A stretch of 64,000 nucleotides of DNA from Anaerolineae bacterium (GTDB lineage: Bacteria; Chloroflexota; Anaerolineae; S140-20). The stretch spans positions 1 through 64,000 of the forward strand of contig JALUTT010000003.1 of assembly GCA_027021705.1 (NCBI GenBank), written 5' to 3'. Below, piece after piece: positions 30,201-39,490 of this stretch (the first letter of the stretch is position 1; every line of letters begins with the position of its first letter). Both the position numbers and the translations under genes were made by a program. The notes below the pieces were generated by a model. That model did not search any database and was not told the DNA's origin. It worked only from the letters and a program-made list of their open reading frames with translations.

Positions 30201-32539
30201 TCCACGAAGCCGCTGCCGGAGTAGCCGGTGTGGTTGGTGTTGACCCCGACGTTGGTCTTGATGGCGTCCTCGGCCTCGTAGCGGTCGCCGGTCGGCGCGG
30301 TGAAGGAGCGCTTGATGTAGATCATATCCCAGTACTGGAGCGAGGGGACGGTGAAGGCGACGTAGTTGCCCACGCTGTCGCTCCCGGTGGTGTAGCTCAG
30401 GGCCTGGGTCTTGCCGTGGTCGAGGTCGGGCGAGGCCAGGTAGACCCCGGAGATGGTGACGTTGGGGCCCATGCGGTACTTGACGGCCAGGTTGGTCTTG
30501 GTGGGCGGCGTGTTGGCCTCGTTGCGCCACTGGTCGTCGTTGCCGACCAGGTTGATAAGGTGCAGGACCTCGTAGTCGTCGTTGCGGCGGGTCAGGAACC
30601 AGATGGTGTTGCCGGACCCATCGCCGGAGAGGCTCTCGTTGGCGATCTCGATCCACTGCAGCCCCCCGTCACCGGGGATCAGGTCAGGGTCGAAGAGGAG
30701 GTTCTCGTAGGCGGTGATGAAATCGTAGTAGTCCTTCATCGCCGCCTTCAGGGAATTGCGCATCTGCTTGCTGTTGTTGGGGAAGTAGGGGTGCCCCAGC
30801 ATCTGGTCCCCTTCGCCCATCTCGATATGGAAGGCTCCTGAAGCGGCAAAGGCGGCATTAGCCAGGCGGACGGTATCCTCGTCGAAGGTGCCCAAGGTGA
30901 GGCTGTCCAGGTTGATGAACCCAGAATCGTCGGCATCCCGGGCCAGCTTGATAGTGTGGTTCCCGGCGGTCAGCGTCGTCACGTGATAGGCATCGCGGGC
31001 CCAGGTGTCCCAGTTGGCCTGATCCAGGAACTCGATCTGGGCCTCGTCCACGCCGTCCACGTAGACGCTCCGGGTGGCCGTGGCCCCCGTGTCGTTGCCG
31101 TAGCGGAAGACCAGGGCGTACTTGCCATCCTCGGGGACCGAGATGGAGAACTGGACGTAGTCCCCCGCCTCACCGAACTGGTCTACGAAACCCCAGCCGG
31201 TGTAGCCGGGATGATTGTTGTTGGTCCCCACGTTGTACAGCGTGGCGTCCTCAGCCTCGTAGCGGGTCCCCGTGTTCTCGTAGTAGTTGGGGTAGGCCGC
31301 TAGCACGATGGCCTTCCCCTCGCTCTCCGTACGGACCTGGCGGACGAAGTCGTAGATCGCCTTGTAGGTCGTGCTGTTCTCCCAGATCTCGCTGTAGTGG
31401 AAGTCCACGTCCCCATTGCGCACCACGTCGTTAACGCCCCAGGCGTTGACGCCCCCGTTGACCAGGTTGAAGGTGAGAGCATCCTGACCCGTTTTGCCGG
31501 CATTGTGGTAGGCAAGGGCACTGATGTGCTCCTTGGCATTGTTGATGAGAGCGGAGAAGCTGTTGCCCAGGTCAACGGTGTTCCCCCAGTAGTCGTAGTA
31601 GGTAGTGTTCCAGTAATTGCCCATCTGATCCAGGTGGATGCCATCGAAGTCCGCCGTGAGGATCGCCTCGTCGTACTGGCGGAAGATGTGGTTCTGCCAG
31701 TTCGGATTGGCCGGGTTGAAGATCCACAGGTTGGTGTTGGGATCATCGTCCCCGAAGTCGAAGACCACCTGGTTCGTGTGGGTGGTGTCGAAGTACAGCC
31801 CCCACTGGGGATTGACACCGGAGACCTGCTGGTAATCCTGGAGGGCGGCGTAGATCATAAAGTAGGGCATGGCCGCCATCCCATAGCCGTGGGCAGCCTC
31901 GACTAGGTCTTGGATCACCCCATACGAGATGGGGTTCCCCGCCCAATCGTACCAGGGGTCGTTGATTGTCCCGTTGGTACGGGAGATGACCTGCTCGTGA
32001 CGCCACATCCAGTCGTAGAATTGGACGGCGTTGATATGGTAGTTCTCGGCGAGGAGGCGTATCTTCTCCTGGCTCTGGGCCTGTGTCTGACCAGGGGTGA
32101 AATCGTGCACATAGCCGTAGCGGGGGTAGCGCGTCCAGTCGCTGGAGACGTCAATGGCCGTCGCGTTCGCATCGGTGGTCCCGGCCCGCACCTCCACGTG
32201 GTAGCCCCGGAAGTCGGTGGACGGCGCAGTCCAGGTGAAGGTCTTGGTCGTCGCCGCCCCCGAGGCCACGCTGAGGGACTGGCTGGCCGAATAGACCGTG
32301 GTCTCCAGGTGACGGATGTCCAGGTAAAGCGTACCGCTCCAGTCCGCCCCCGTGTTGTTCTTGATTTCCACGGTGATGGTCACCGGATCTCCGGGATCGT
32401 ACCGGGCTTTGTCCGTGTACACCCGCTGGATCAAGTCACCGGGAGCAGCGAGGACGGAGACCGTCGTGCGTATCGTCAGGACTGCCAGGAGGCAGACTGC
32501 GATGACGATACCTAGGGTGAGCAACTTGTTGGTCTTCAT
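27227..32539 (-). CDS. Secreted GH66 (CITase/dextranase) + 2x CBM35 + GH15 multidomain glucanase
   Basis: Signal peptide. GH66 motifs DWTRYPRYG, QFYDWMWRH, DGIHLDQMG, YSEIWE. Two RYEAEDA CBM35 modules. C-terminal GH15 motifs YVWPRDA, QVDET, AWEDK, GGPW, AEQID. Confidence 0.88.
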   Translation of the reverse strand: MKTNKLLTLGIVIAVCLLAVLTIRTTVSVLAAPGDLIQRVYTDKARYDPGDPVTITVEIKNNTGADWSGTLYLDIRHLETTVYSASQSLSVASGAATTKTFTWTAPSTDFRGYHVEVRAGTTDANATAIDVSSDWTRYPRYGYVHDFTPGQTQAQSQEKIRLLAENYHINAVQFYDWMWRHEQVISRTNGTINDPWYDWAGNPISYGVIQDLVEAAHGYGMAAMPYFMIYAALQDYQQVSGVNPQWGLYFDTTHTNQVVFDFGDDDPNTNLWIFNPANPNWQNHIFRQYDEAILTADFDGIHLDQMGNYWNTTYYDYWGNTVDLGNSFSALINNAKEHISALAYHNAGKTGQDALTFNLVNGGVNAWGVNDVVRNGDVDFHYSEIWENSTTYKAIYDFVRQVRTESEGKAIVLAAYPNYYENTGTRYEAEDATLYNVGTNNNHPGYTGWGFVDQFGEAGDYVQFSISVPEDGKYALVFRYGNDTGATATRSVYVDGVDEAQIEFLDQANWDTWARDAYHVTTLTAGNHTIKLARDADDSGFINLDSLTLGTFDEDTVRLANAAFAASGAFHIEMGEGDQMLGHPYFPNNSKQMRNSLKAAMKDYYDFITAYENLLFDPDLIPGDGGLQWIEIANESLSGDGSGNTIWFLTRRNDDYEVLHLINLVGNDDQWRNEANTPPTKTNLAVKYRMGPNVTISGVYLASPDLDHGKTQALSYTTGSDSVGNYVAFTVPSLQYWDMIYIKRSFTAPTGDRYEAEDAIKTNVGVNTNHTGYSGSGFVDLFESVNDGVSFLVYAPTEDDYVLRFRYANATGSTATRDVYVDGQYAGRVTMKSLANWDTWGDGILTVRLKPGLHQVVFWFTSQNATAINLDYLEVQPAYVWAFDTQIDRLPDGYYLTFRVGLPGYVHWGTDNWNNVTDTWFVPNGSSDPYEDYEATIGPFSGSTEINFTFAWDDNDDGTIDRWEGQDWSIGTNAPTADYYQVEGITGNNYAFAQFDARGSLFDFMVPLGIWSGIKVDGSVGAEGAQVNIYKSVAGVKVGSTYYWLNDPTWWDYSQSYVDDTVTLVFTATHKTLPLQVVKTAFIPKNITFPNDTSNNPIRGLLIQRYTVKNTGASSLNATFLYYQDMNINGADAQDSVSYNATDDILFFHDPGDASTGRTRTLDFGLALRGSSSGYKTYRETDAAYLAKDLTIAAGGSQGVDLLLVGAHTPSTGADLYTSHIKPAVDWFRNANLDSVRSTTESFWTTLLSNATTFESPDATYNRLYKRSLLTAYLYFDAEKGGMGAGSYNGAYFYVWPRDAVYGAVTLDRAGIHDVAAKVYDWLWNTAKRDTSSNDIGNDGIYHRYWYQKYTMDGEPEWWNPQVDETAIIPWGAWYHYQVTGDSTFLSSYGDLVREAADVASTENPHECFNYDGTLKLIYSQNAWEDKWGYFLYSNANIVAGLRDAAAYMDAIGDTTWKNTFNSRKADFEWGIRNSLYNATTGRYDHGRYVKKVGYCTNTGLELNRDVSADISMLGLVTPFAVEPVTTTAAVSTVQHLEPALTDFSETKMAYGGVVRYRADQEELYGADYRDHGDSYYDGGPWMMPTDWLSEYYLEWADAVTGTAKVDRAKAYVDYLIGYLGNLGLGAEQIDENKRPDQFALETAWANVWESNGKIVDNLLAFIDYRYDATANALSVAPKLPSAWNYLGSSIRLKDGTLYIKVTKGTNQRLVDLDNNTPTALSVEVYVQTDAQPTGVSGTTLSWSYDATTGRVKLYGTLGANTTQDITISY

Positions 32540-32565
32540 ACTCTTGCTCCTTCCTTTGTCGGTGC

Positions 32566-34233
32566 TCAACGAGCACACTCTATGGCGATCAGGTCCCAAT
32601 AGTCAAGGCGGGGCACGGTGAAGGTGACGTAGCTTCCCCGCTCATCCCGGTCAACGCGATAGGGGAGAGGCCGAGCTTGGACATCGGCAAAGTCGGGGGA
32701 GGCCAGCCAGACGCGCCGAGGACGTCGGTCGGTGTAGCAACGCACCTGCACCCCTTCCAGAGGGGAAGGTCCTGCCGGCAGCGCCTCGCTCCATTCGGAC
32801 GTGGGGAGACCGACCAGGTTGATCAGGTGGATGACCTCCACGCCTGCCCCACGCCGTACCATCACCCACACCCTATCCCGATCCCCCTTGTGGGTGACCT
32901 CTACGCCTTCGATAGTGATGGACCCGGCCTCTTCTTCGGTGACGTCCTCGGTCTCCAGAGCCAACAGGTTCTCGTAACGCACCACAAAGTCGTAGTAGCG
33001 ACGCAATACGCCGGCCAACCCCTTCGGCACCGGCTGGTAATTGGGGAAATAGGGATCGGCCAGCATCTTCCCCTGCTCACCCAGCTCGATGTGGAACCCC
33101 CCGCTGGCAAAGATCACCGCATCGGCCAGGCGGACGTTGTGGGGCTGAGAAGGGGGGATGTAGACTGCCAGCACGACCGGCTTCCCTTCGCCCAGCCGTC
33201 GGGCGTTGACGATCAACGACCAGAGATCGTAGTACCGGGTATGGGGGGGCCACACCTCGATGTACAGGAAGTCCTGCGGTGCTTGAGCCACATCCTCGAT
33301 GGGCCAGTTGCCCACGGCGTTGAAGACGACCGCCGCTTCAGGGCGGACGGCCACCAACCTCTCCCGCGCTCGCCGGATAAAGGCGTGGAAAGCCTGGGCG
33401 ATCTCCACCGGACGTCCCTGGGCATCAAAGCCCGCCTTGGGATCGCCGTACTGGTCCAGATGGATCCCGTCGAAGCCCATCTTGTGCATCGCTTCTACGA
33501 ACTGAGCTATCAAGTAGTCGGTCCAAGGGGAATCGGGGGCAGGGTTCATAATGCTTAGGAAATCCTGGCCGAAGGGAATGATGCGACCCTGAGCATCGTA
33601 GAGGGCCCAGTCGGGGTGGGCCTGCCCGAACCCCACCGATGCCCCGTAGACGGCCGTGTAGGCCATTGCAGCGATGTTGCGACGATGGGCCGCCTCGATG
33701 AAGGCCCGTACCGTCTGGCGGGAGAGCCAACGCCCCAACGGGTCCTGATAGGTCTCCTGATCTGCCAACAGGTCTTCGTGGCGATACATCCAGTCGTAGA
33801 ACTGCAGCCCGTTGATGTGGTAGCGCGCCAACCCTTCGATGGTAGACACGACGTCGGCCCGATCCGGCGGGAAATCGGAGAGGAAGCCGTAACGAGGGGC
33901 CATCGTCCACCGACTCAGCACATCCACGGCCGTAGAAGCTCGGGCGACTACCCTGCCCTCCTCGTCAGTCACCACCCCATCCACGCCGTAGCCCCGTCCA
34001 TCCGTCGGAGGAAGGGGCAGTGCCACAGACACCCACTCCGATCCACCGGGGGGAAGCGAAAGGTCCGCTTCTACTTCGTGCACCCTATCCGCCAGAAAGG
34101 TCACCTGGAGTCGGATGGTGCCCCGAAAGGGGGCCGGCCCCGGACAGTGTCCGTGCACCCAGATGGTCGCCTCCTCCCCCGGCGGATACGTTCCTTTGTG
34201 AGGAAAGATGTCCAGAATCTCGACGGCAGCCAT
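32566..34233 (-). CDS. Cytoplasmic GH66 dextranase / cycloisomaltooligosaccharide hydrolase
   Basis: APRYGFLSDF, QFYDWMYRH, DGIHLDQYG, YIEVW. No signal peptide. Confidence 0.9.
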   Translation of the reverse strand: MAAVEILDIFPHKGTYPPGEEATIWVHGHCPGPAPFRGTIRLQVTFLADRVHEVEADLSLPPGGSEWVSVALPLPPTDGRGYGVDGVVTDEEGRVVARASTAVDVLSRWTMAPRYGFLSDFPPDRADVVSTIEGLARYHINGLQFYDWMYRHEDLLADQETYQDPLGRWLSRQTVRAFIEAAHRRNIAAMAYTAVYGASVGFGQAHPDWALYDAQGRIIPFGQDFLSIMNPAPDSPWTDYLIAQFVEAMHKMGFDGIHLDQYGDPKAGFDAQGRPVEIAQAFHAFIRRARERLVAVRPEAAVVFNAVGNWPIEDVAQAPQDFLYIEVWPPHTRYYDLWSLIVNARRLGEGKPVVLAVYIPPSQPHNVRLADAVIFASGGFHIELGEQGKMLADPYFPNYQPVPKGLAGVLRRYYDFVVRYENLLALETEDVTEEEAGSITIEGVEVTHKGDRDRVWVMVRRGAGVEVIHLINLVGLPTSEWSEALPAGPSPLEGVQVRCYTDRRPRRVWLASPDFADVQARPLPYRVDRDERGSYVTFTVPRLDYWDLIAIECAR

Positions 34234-34244
34234 GCCTCCTCCCC

Positions 34245-35102
34245 CTAACCCTTGAGGGCCCCGGTGGTCAGGCCGCTGATGAAGTAGCGTTGCAGACTCG
34301 CATACAGGAGCACGATGGGGATCATCGCGATGAGGGAGGCGGCGAAGACCAGGCCCCACTGGGTGAGGTGTGCCCCGTGAAAAGTGGCAATGGCAACCGG
34401 CAGGGTCCGCTTGGCCTCCACATCTATCGCGGTAAGCGCCCAGGTGAACTCATCCCAGGCGAAGAGGAAGGTGAAGATGGAAACGGTAGCCAGGGCAGGT
34501 TGGGAGAGAGGCAAGATGATGCGGAAGAAGATGGTGCCATACCCTCCGCCGTCTATGAGCACCGCTTCTTCCAACTCTCTGGGCAACTGCTCGAAGAAAC
34601 CCCGCAGGAGAAAGGTGTTCAAGGGGATCGTCATCGCCACGTAGACGAAGACGAGCCCGCTCAGACTGTTGCGCAGCCCCAGCGTCTTGGCCAGGAGGAA
34701 CTGGGGAATGATGAGCATCAAGCCGGGTATCATCAGGGTAAAGAGGAGCATGTAGAAGATCGGGGCCTTGCCCGGAAACTGGAAACGGGCGAAGGCATAC
34801 GCCAGCATCGCGGAACAGAGCACCGAGACGAGGGTCGCCGTCACGGCCACGACGGCGCTGTTGCGGAAGTAGAGGGAGAAGTTGTTCGACTGCCAGGCCT
34901 CGATGAAGTTGACGAGGGTGGGCTCCCTAGGGATGAAACGGGGAGGGATCTCGAAGACGTAGACCTGCCCCTTCAGGGCCGTGGAGACCATGTAGATGAG
35001 AGGGATCGCCATCACGACGGCCCCCGCCCCCAGGGCCAGGTACAGGAAAACGATCTCGACGAACTGCTGACGCTTGTTCAACACCATCGGGGTTCGCTCC
35101 AT
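34245..35102 (-). CDS. Carbohydrate ABC transporter permease (MalG-like)
   Basis: EAA loop ELEEAVLIDG, QRYFISGLTTGALKG. Confidence 0.93.
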   Translation of the reverse strand: MERTPMVLNKRQQFVEIVFLYLALGAGAVVMAIPLIYMVSTALKGQVYVFEIPPRFIPREPTLVNFIEAWQSNNFSLYFRNSAVVAVTATLVSVLCSAMLAYAFARFQFPGKAPIFYMLLFTLMIPGLMLIIPQFLLAKTLGLRNSLSGLVFVYVAMTIPLNTFLLRGFFEQLPRELEEAVLIDGGGYGTIFFRIILPLSQPALATVSIFTFLFAWDEFTWALTAIDVEAKRTLPVAIATFHGAHLTQWGLVFAASLIAMIPIVLLYASLQRYFISGLTTGALKG

Positions 35103-35995
35103 CAAAATTCCACGGGCCGGCGCAAAAAGCGGATCTGCAGGAAGCTGAGGACGAAGATGATAGCCGCCAGGAGATAGGAGAGCGCCGCACCATAGCCAAA
35201 GTCCAGAAAATTGAAGGCCTCGTTGTACATATACGTGAGGATCGTCTCCGTGCGGTGCATAGGCTCTCCCCCGGTGATGAGATAAACCGGAATGAAGACG
35301 TTGAAGCCACCGATGGTCAGCATCACCAGGACGAAGACGAGGGTGGGGCGCATTATGGGGAGGGTCACGTACCAGAACCGCTGCCATCGGCTGGCCCCGT
35401 CAATGGCAGCCGCCTCGTGGAGTTCCACGGGAATCCCCTGCAAGGCTGCCAGGAAGATCACCATAGACCAACCGATCCCCTTCCAGATGCCCAAGGTCAT
35501 AATGGCGATGAGGGCGGTGCCGGGATTCTGAAGCCAGGGGATGTAGTTGGGAGTTAGGTGCAACAGGTCCTTCAGGACGAAGTTGATCAGCCCAGCCTGG
35601 CTGTTGAAGAGGAACTTAAAGAGCAAGGAGACGACGACCCAGGAGGTGATCACAGGGAGGTAGTAGACCGTGCGGAAGAAGACCCGTCCCCAGACGAGAC
35701 GGTTGAGGGCCAGGGCAACTACCATAGCCAGCACCATCTGTCCCGGCACGGTCACCAGGGTGTAGAGGGCCGTGTTCCGCATCGCCAGCCAGAAGATGGG
35801 GTCTTGGAAGGCCCGCAGATAGTTGGCAAGCCCCAAGAACTGGCTGGCCTGCCCCGGCATGATCTCCCATCGGTACAAGCTGATCTGGAAGGCCTTGATC
35901 AGAGGATAGATCTGGAAGGTGAGGAAGAAGATCAAGCCGGGGAGCATGAAGAGATACGCCACTCGGATCTGCTGCCGGCGGAGGGCTCTGTTCAT
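35102..35995 (-). CDS. Carbohydrate ABC transporter permease (MalF-like)
   Basis: GLANY, ELHEAAAIDGA, TLPIMRP. Confidence 0.93.
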   Translation of the reverse strand: MNRALRRQQIRVAYLFMLPGLIFFLTFQIYPLIKAFQISLYRWEIMPGQASQFLGLANYLRAFQDPIFWLAMRNTALYTLVTVPGQMVLAMVVALALNRLVWGRVFFRTVYYLPVITSWVVVSLLFKFLFNSQAGLINFVLKDLLHLTPNYIPWLQNPGTALIAIMTLGIWKGIGWSMVIFLAALQGIPVELHEAAAIDGASRWQRFWYVTLPIMRPTLVFVLVMLTIGGFNVFIPVYLITGGEPMHRTETILTYMYNEAFNFLDFGYGAALSYLLAAIIFVLSFLQIRFLRRPVEF

Positions 35996-36045
35996 CACGC
36001 AAACTTTCCCCAAAAGGCGGTGTGGGATAGAAACACGCATCAGGG

Positions 36046-36075
36046 GAGGCGGGCGGCCATAGGTCCGCCCGCCTC
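36046..36075 (-). terminator. Hairpin downstream of SBP gene
   Basis: GAGGCGGGCGG...CCGCCCGCCTC. Confidence 0.6.
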
Positions 36076-36097
36076 TTTGCTGTAGCTGACGGGAGGA

Positions 36098-37471
36098 TCA
36101 GTCTGTCGCCAGCAAGCTGTCTATCTTAGGAGCCAGCTCGTCGAGGGCCTCTTGAGCGCCCTTCTCACCCCGCAGGATGGCTTGGCCGGTGCTGGTAAGC
36201 AGGTCTTCGATCTTAGGCCAATTGGGATGGGGCAGGCGGGCCTTGGCCGTCTTGAGCTGCTCGAAGAAGAGCGCAAAGTAGGGCTGCTTCTGCACCGCTT
36301 CGTCGGTGACATCCATACGCACTGGCACCTGCCCAACGTCTGCCATCATCAACTGCACCTCGGGCGAGAGCATAAAGCGGATAAACTCCGCCGCCGCCTC
36401 CTTGTGCTGGCTTTGCTGGAACATCACAATGTCCTCGCCACCCACGACAGAGATGGAGCCCCCATCCCCGGCAGGCATAAGTGCCCACTGGATCTCCTTG
36501 TCTGGATACTGAGCCTCGAAGATAGCAGGCATCCACGGGCCTTCCAGCAGGTTCGCAATCTGGTCCTGAGCATACCCACCGGAGGTGTCCACACCGCCGC
36601 CGAGGATGCCAGGATGCAGGTACCCTTTATCCAGGAGCTCCTTGAGGAACTCATAGGCTGCTACTGTAGCAGGACTGTTGACGTAGCCGGAGGCTGTAGT
36701 CATATCAGGATCGGTAAGGGAACCTCCGAAGCTCCAGATCCAAGGGAGCACTGCCCAGCCGTAGGTGCCTCCATCGGCGAAACAGTACTTGTCCTCGCCT
36801 AGGCTCTTGATCTTCTCACAGACGGCCAGGAACTCGTCAATGGTCGTGGGCGGCTCGGTGATGCCCGCCGCTTCGTACATCTCCTTGTTCCACATCAGGA
36901 TGCGGGTGTTGGTGTCCAGGGGAAGACCATAGTAATGGCCCTTCCAGTAGTTGGTCGAGAGCGGCCCGGGGAAGACCTGGTCCTTGTACTCGTCGAAGTC
37001 GGGCATCAGCTCGTCCAAAGCTACCAAGGCCCCCATATCGGCCAACTCCGGCACCCAGATGATGTCGGAGCGGATGAGATCCGGGGCGGTGCCTCCCGCG
37101 ATGGCGGTCAACAGCTTCTTGCGGAACTCGTTGTACGGCACAGCCTGGGCCTCAACCTTGATGTTAGGATACTTCTCCTCGAAGGCCGGGATCACCTTCT
37201 TGGTAAGCATCTCCGTCTCAACCGGGTTGTAAGCGTGCCAGAAAGCGATGGTCACTGGCCCTTCCGGCTGCGGCGTCGGCGTGACGACCTTCTCGACCTC
37301 GACGATCTTGGTCTCCACCACCTTCTCCCCCGGCTTCTCCACCACCTGGGTGACGACGACGGTCTCCTTGATGACCTGGGGGGTGGGTGTGGCCGCCGGC
37401 CCGCAGGCAATGACCACGAGGGCCAGCACCACGAGGACGATCAAAAGCAGAAAAGCCTTGCGCGCGTTCAT
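36098..37471 (-). CDS. Sugar ABC transporter substrate-binding lipoprotein
   Basis: Lipobox VIAC, V/E/T-rich stalk, AGGTAPDL, YYGLP. Confidence 0.93.
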   Translation of the reverse strand: MNARKAFLLLIVLVVLALVVIACGPAATPTPQVIKETVVVTQVVEKPGEKVVETKIVEVEKVVTPTPQPEGPVTIAFWHAYNPVETEMLTKKVIPAFEEKYPNIKVEAQAVPYNEFRKKLLTAIAGGTAPDLIRSDIIWVPELADMGALVALDELMPDFDEYKDQVFPGPLSTNYWKGHYYGLPLDTNTRILMWNKEMYEAAGITEPPTTIDEFLAVCEKIKSLGEDKYCFADGGTYGWAVLPWIWSFGGSLTDPDMTTASGYVNSPATVAAYEFLKELLDKGYLHPGILGGGVDTSGGYAQDQIANLLEGPWMPAIFEAQYPDKEIQWALMPAGDGGSISVVGGEDIVMFQQSQHKEAAAEFIRFMLSPEVQLMMADVGQVPVRMDVTDEAVQKQPYFALFFEQLKTAKARLPHPNWPKIEDLLTSTGQAILRGEKGAQEALDELAPKIDSLLATD

Positions 37472-37569
37472 TGGGTTCTCCTCCTTAGCTTACAGGGGTT
37501 CTGAAGAACGAACTGAAAAAGGGGTGATCGGTCGTCTCCTTGAGCGGTGCATCCCTCCTTTCTGCCTCG

Positions 37570-37590
37570 ACTTTGTTTGGAGAGCAAAGT
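37570..37590. promoter_or_regulatory. Candidate ROK operator ACTTTG-N9-CAAAGT
   Basis: Palindrome upstream of the SBP gene, matching 38908-38928. Confidence 0.65.
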
Positions 37591-37643
37591 AAGTTGGGGC
37601 CGAAGAAAAACGACTGACAGAGCGTAGGGGTCGGGCAGGGGCC

Positions 37644-38894
37644 TCAGGCCACCGCCGCGATGAGGTCCACCGCACCCTCCCGCTGCACGGGCGAGCGGAA
37701 GAGCTCCCCCAACACCACGCAGGCCGCGCCCCGGGCCCAGGCCTCATCGCCGGAAGGCTCGATGACGATCTCCATCTCATCGGCCAGCCCGTTGAAAGCG
37801 TGGGCCCGGATCACCTCGCGCATCGGGCCGAAGCGCCACTCGCCGGCCCGCACCCCCTCACCACCCACGATGACCATCTGGGGGTTCAGGACGTTGACCA
37901 GGGTAGCGATGCCGACGCCCAGCCACCGGCCCGAGTCGGCCAGCAGCCGCCGGGCCAGCTCGTCCCCCGCCTCGGCGGCCTCCACCACCGCTTCCAGCGA
38001 GAGGGGGTCCACCGCAGCCAGGCTCGTCTTCTCCCCCAGGGCGATGGCCGCCCGCGCCTGGCGCACCACCGCCGGGTCCGAGGCCAGGGCCTCCAAGCAG
38101 CCCCGCTTACCACAATCGCAGGGCGGCCCGCCATCCACCAGGGTGATGTGGCCGAACTCCCCGGCCCCGCCCAGCGCCCCGCGATAGAACTGGCCGTTGA
38201 CCACGATGCCGGCGCCGATGCCCCGCCCCACGGTGACCACCACGAAGTGGTCCACCCCGTGGCCGTAGCCGAACCACTGCTCGGCGATGGTCAGGGTGTT
38301 CACGTCGTTCTCCAGGTAGACGGGCAGGTGGAAGTGCTCGGCGATGGGGTCGGCGATGCGGACGTTCCGCCAGCCGAAGAAGGGGGAGTAGCGGCAGATC
38401 CCGGCCGCCCCATCCACCAGCCCCGCCATCCCCACGCCGATGCCCAGCATCCGCCGGCGCTCCACCGCCGACTCCCGGATGGTGGTCTCGATGGCCTCGA
38501 TGATGAGCGGCAGGACGATCTCGACGGTAGGGGGATGGGGGTCGGCGGGGGGCAAGGGGGTCACCTGGTAGTGGAGGACCTGGGCATCCAGGTCGGTGAG
38601 GGCGCTGGTGATGGCGTGCTCCATCAGCTTCACGCCCACCACAAAGCCGGCCCGGTGGTTGAGGCGGAGGAGGACGGGCCGCCGCCCGCCCGTGGACTCG
38701 CCGGCGCCCATCTCGTGGACCAGGCCGGTCTTCATCAGTTCGGCGGTGATGGCCGAGACGGTGGCCAGGCTCAGGCCGGAGAGGCGGGCGATCTCCGTGC
38801 GGGAGATAGGCCCCCGGCTCTTGATGAGGTTGAGCACCAGGTTGCGGTTGATCTTGCGGATGAGGGCGCGGTTTCCTCGGGGCAAGCGGGCCAC
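37644..38894 (-). CDS. ROK-family transcriptional repressor
   Basis: N-terminal HTH, GGRRP, ENDVN, GEFGH, CDCGKRGCLE. GTG start after GGAGG (a TTG at 38906 is an alternative). Confidence 0.93.
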   Translation of the reverse strand: MARLPRGNRALIRKINRNLVLNLIKSRGPISRTEIARLSGLSLATVSAITAELMKTGLVHEMGAGESTGGRRPVLLRLNHRAGFVVGVKLMEHAITSALTDLDAQVLHYQVTPLPPADPHPPTVEIVLPLIIEAIETTIRESAVERRRMLGIGVGMAGLVDGAAGICRYSPFFGWRNVRIADPIAEHFHLPVYLENDVNTLTIAEQWFGYGHGVDHFVVVTVGRGIGAGIVVNGQFYRGALGGAGEFGHITLVDGGPPCDCGKRGCLEALASDPAVVRQARAAIALGEKTSLAAVDPLSLEAVVEAAEAGDELARRLLADSGRWLGVGIATLVNVLNPQMVIVGGEGVRAGEWRFGPMREVIRAHAFNGLADEMEIVIEPSGDEAWARGAACVVLGELFRSPVQREGAVDLIAAVA

Positions 38895-38907
38895 AGGCTC
38901 CTCCAAT

Positions 38908-38928
38908 ACTTTAATCAGCGAACAAAGT
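38908..38928. promoter_or_regulatory. Candidate ROK operator ACTTTA-N9-CAAAGT
   Basis: Sits at the predicted transcription start of the ROK gene. Confidence 0.6.
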
Positions 38929-38935
38929 TACAGCC

Positions 38936-38964
38936 ATTCTACCACATTCTTCCACCGATGTCAA
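38936..38964 (-). promoter_or_regulatory. Sigma70 promoter of the ROK/dextran operon
   Basis: TTGACA-17 bp-TAGAAT with an extended TG. Confidence 0.75.
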
Positions 38965-39374
38965 GACTTTACCCGCCCCTGCACGTCCTGGTGGTACTCA
39001 GCATTCTTGTCCTGGCCGTCCTCGGCCATATGCCCGAAAGCCAGGCGGGCCGGCTCACCTGCCCGCCCCAGGTGGTGGTGGTTCCAGGAGGCCAACGGTA
39101 TGGGCGACGCCATAGCCTGAGGTGTGATGGCGTCCATCCCGGTGCCGGCCGGTGGTATCTGTCTCACACCTGGCATATCCCCCTTCTGCGCAGCCTGTTG
39201 CTGGGAGGCTTGTGGCATCTCAGTGGTGGGGGATGGAGCGCGTCCACCGGCCCTTGCGGGAGCAAGGGGTGCTTGTGCCGGCCTGAGCGTTGCCTGGCCT
39301 TTGGAGGCAACTCAGAATGAGGTCCCAAACTCGTGACGGTCACCTTGGAGTGGGTGGAAGGGAGGTAAGGTTCA

Positions 39375-39383
39375 TGGTATAAT
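39375..39383 (+). promoter_or_regulatory. Extended -10 promoter upstream of the UbiB-family gene
   Basis: TGGTATAAT. Confidence 0.5.
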
Positions 39384-39490
39384 CGTCATTAAACGTACCG
39401 GGCTGTTCTGAAGGATTATATATCGTGCCCATGGGGGCGGGTGAGGCCCACAGCCCTTTCTTCGGGTACATTCTCTGAGGAGGTGTAGGG

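Noticed and set aside
27824..30841. 1005-aa plus-strand ORF and similar long antisense ORFs (e.g. 3275-4996, 18793-20550, 54297-56015)
   Set aside because: These are shadows of real high-GC genes on the opposite strand, with no domain motifs.
38961..39336. Small ORFs between the ROK and UbiB genes
   Set aside because: No recognisable motif, RBS or typical codon pattern.
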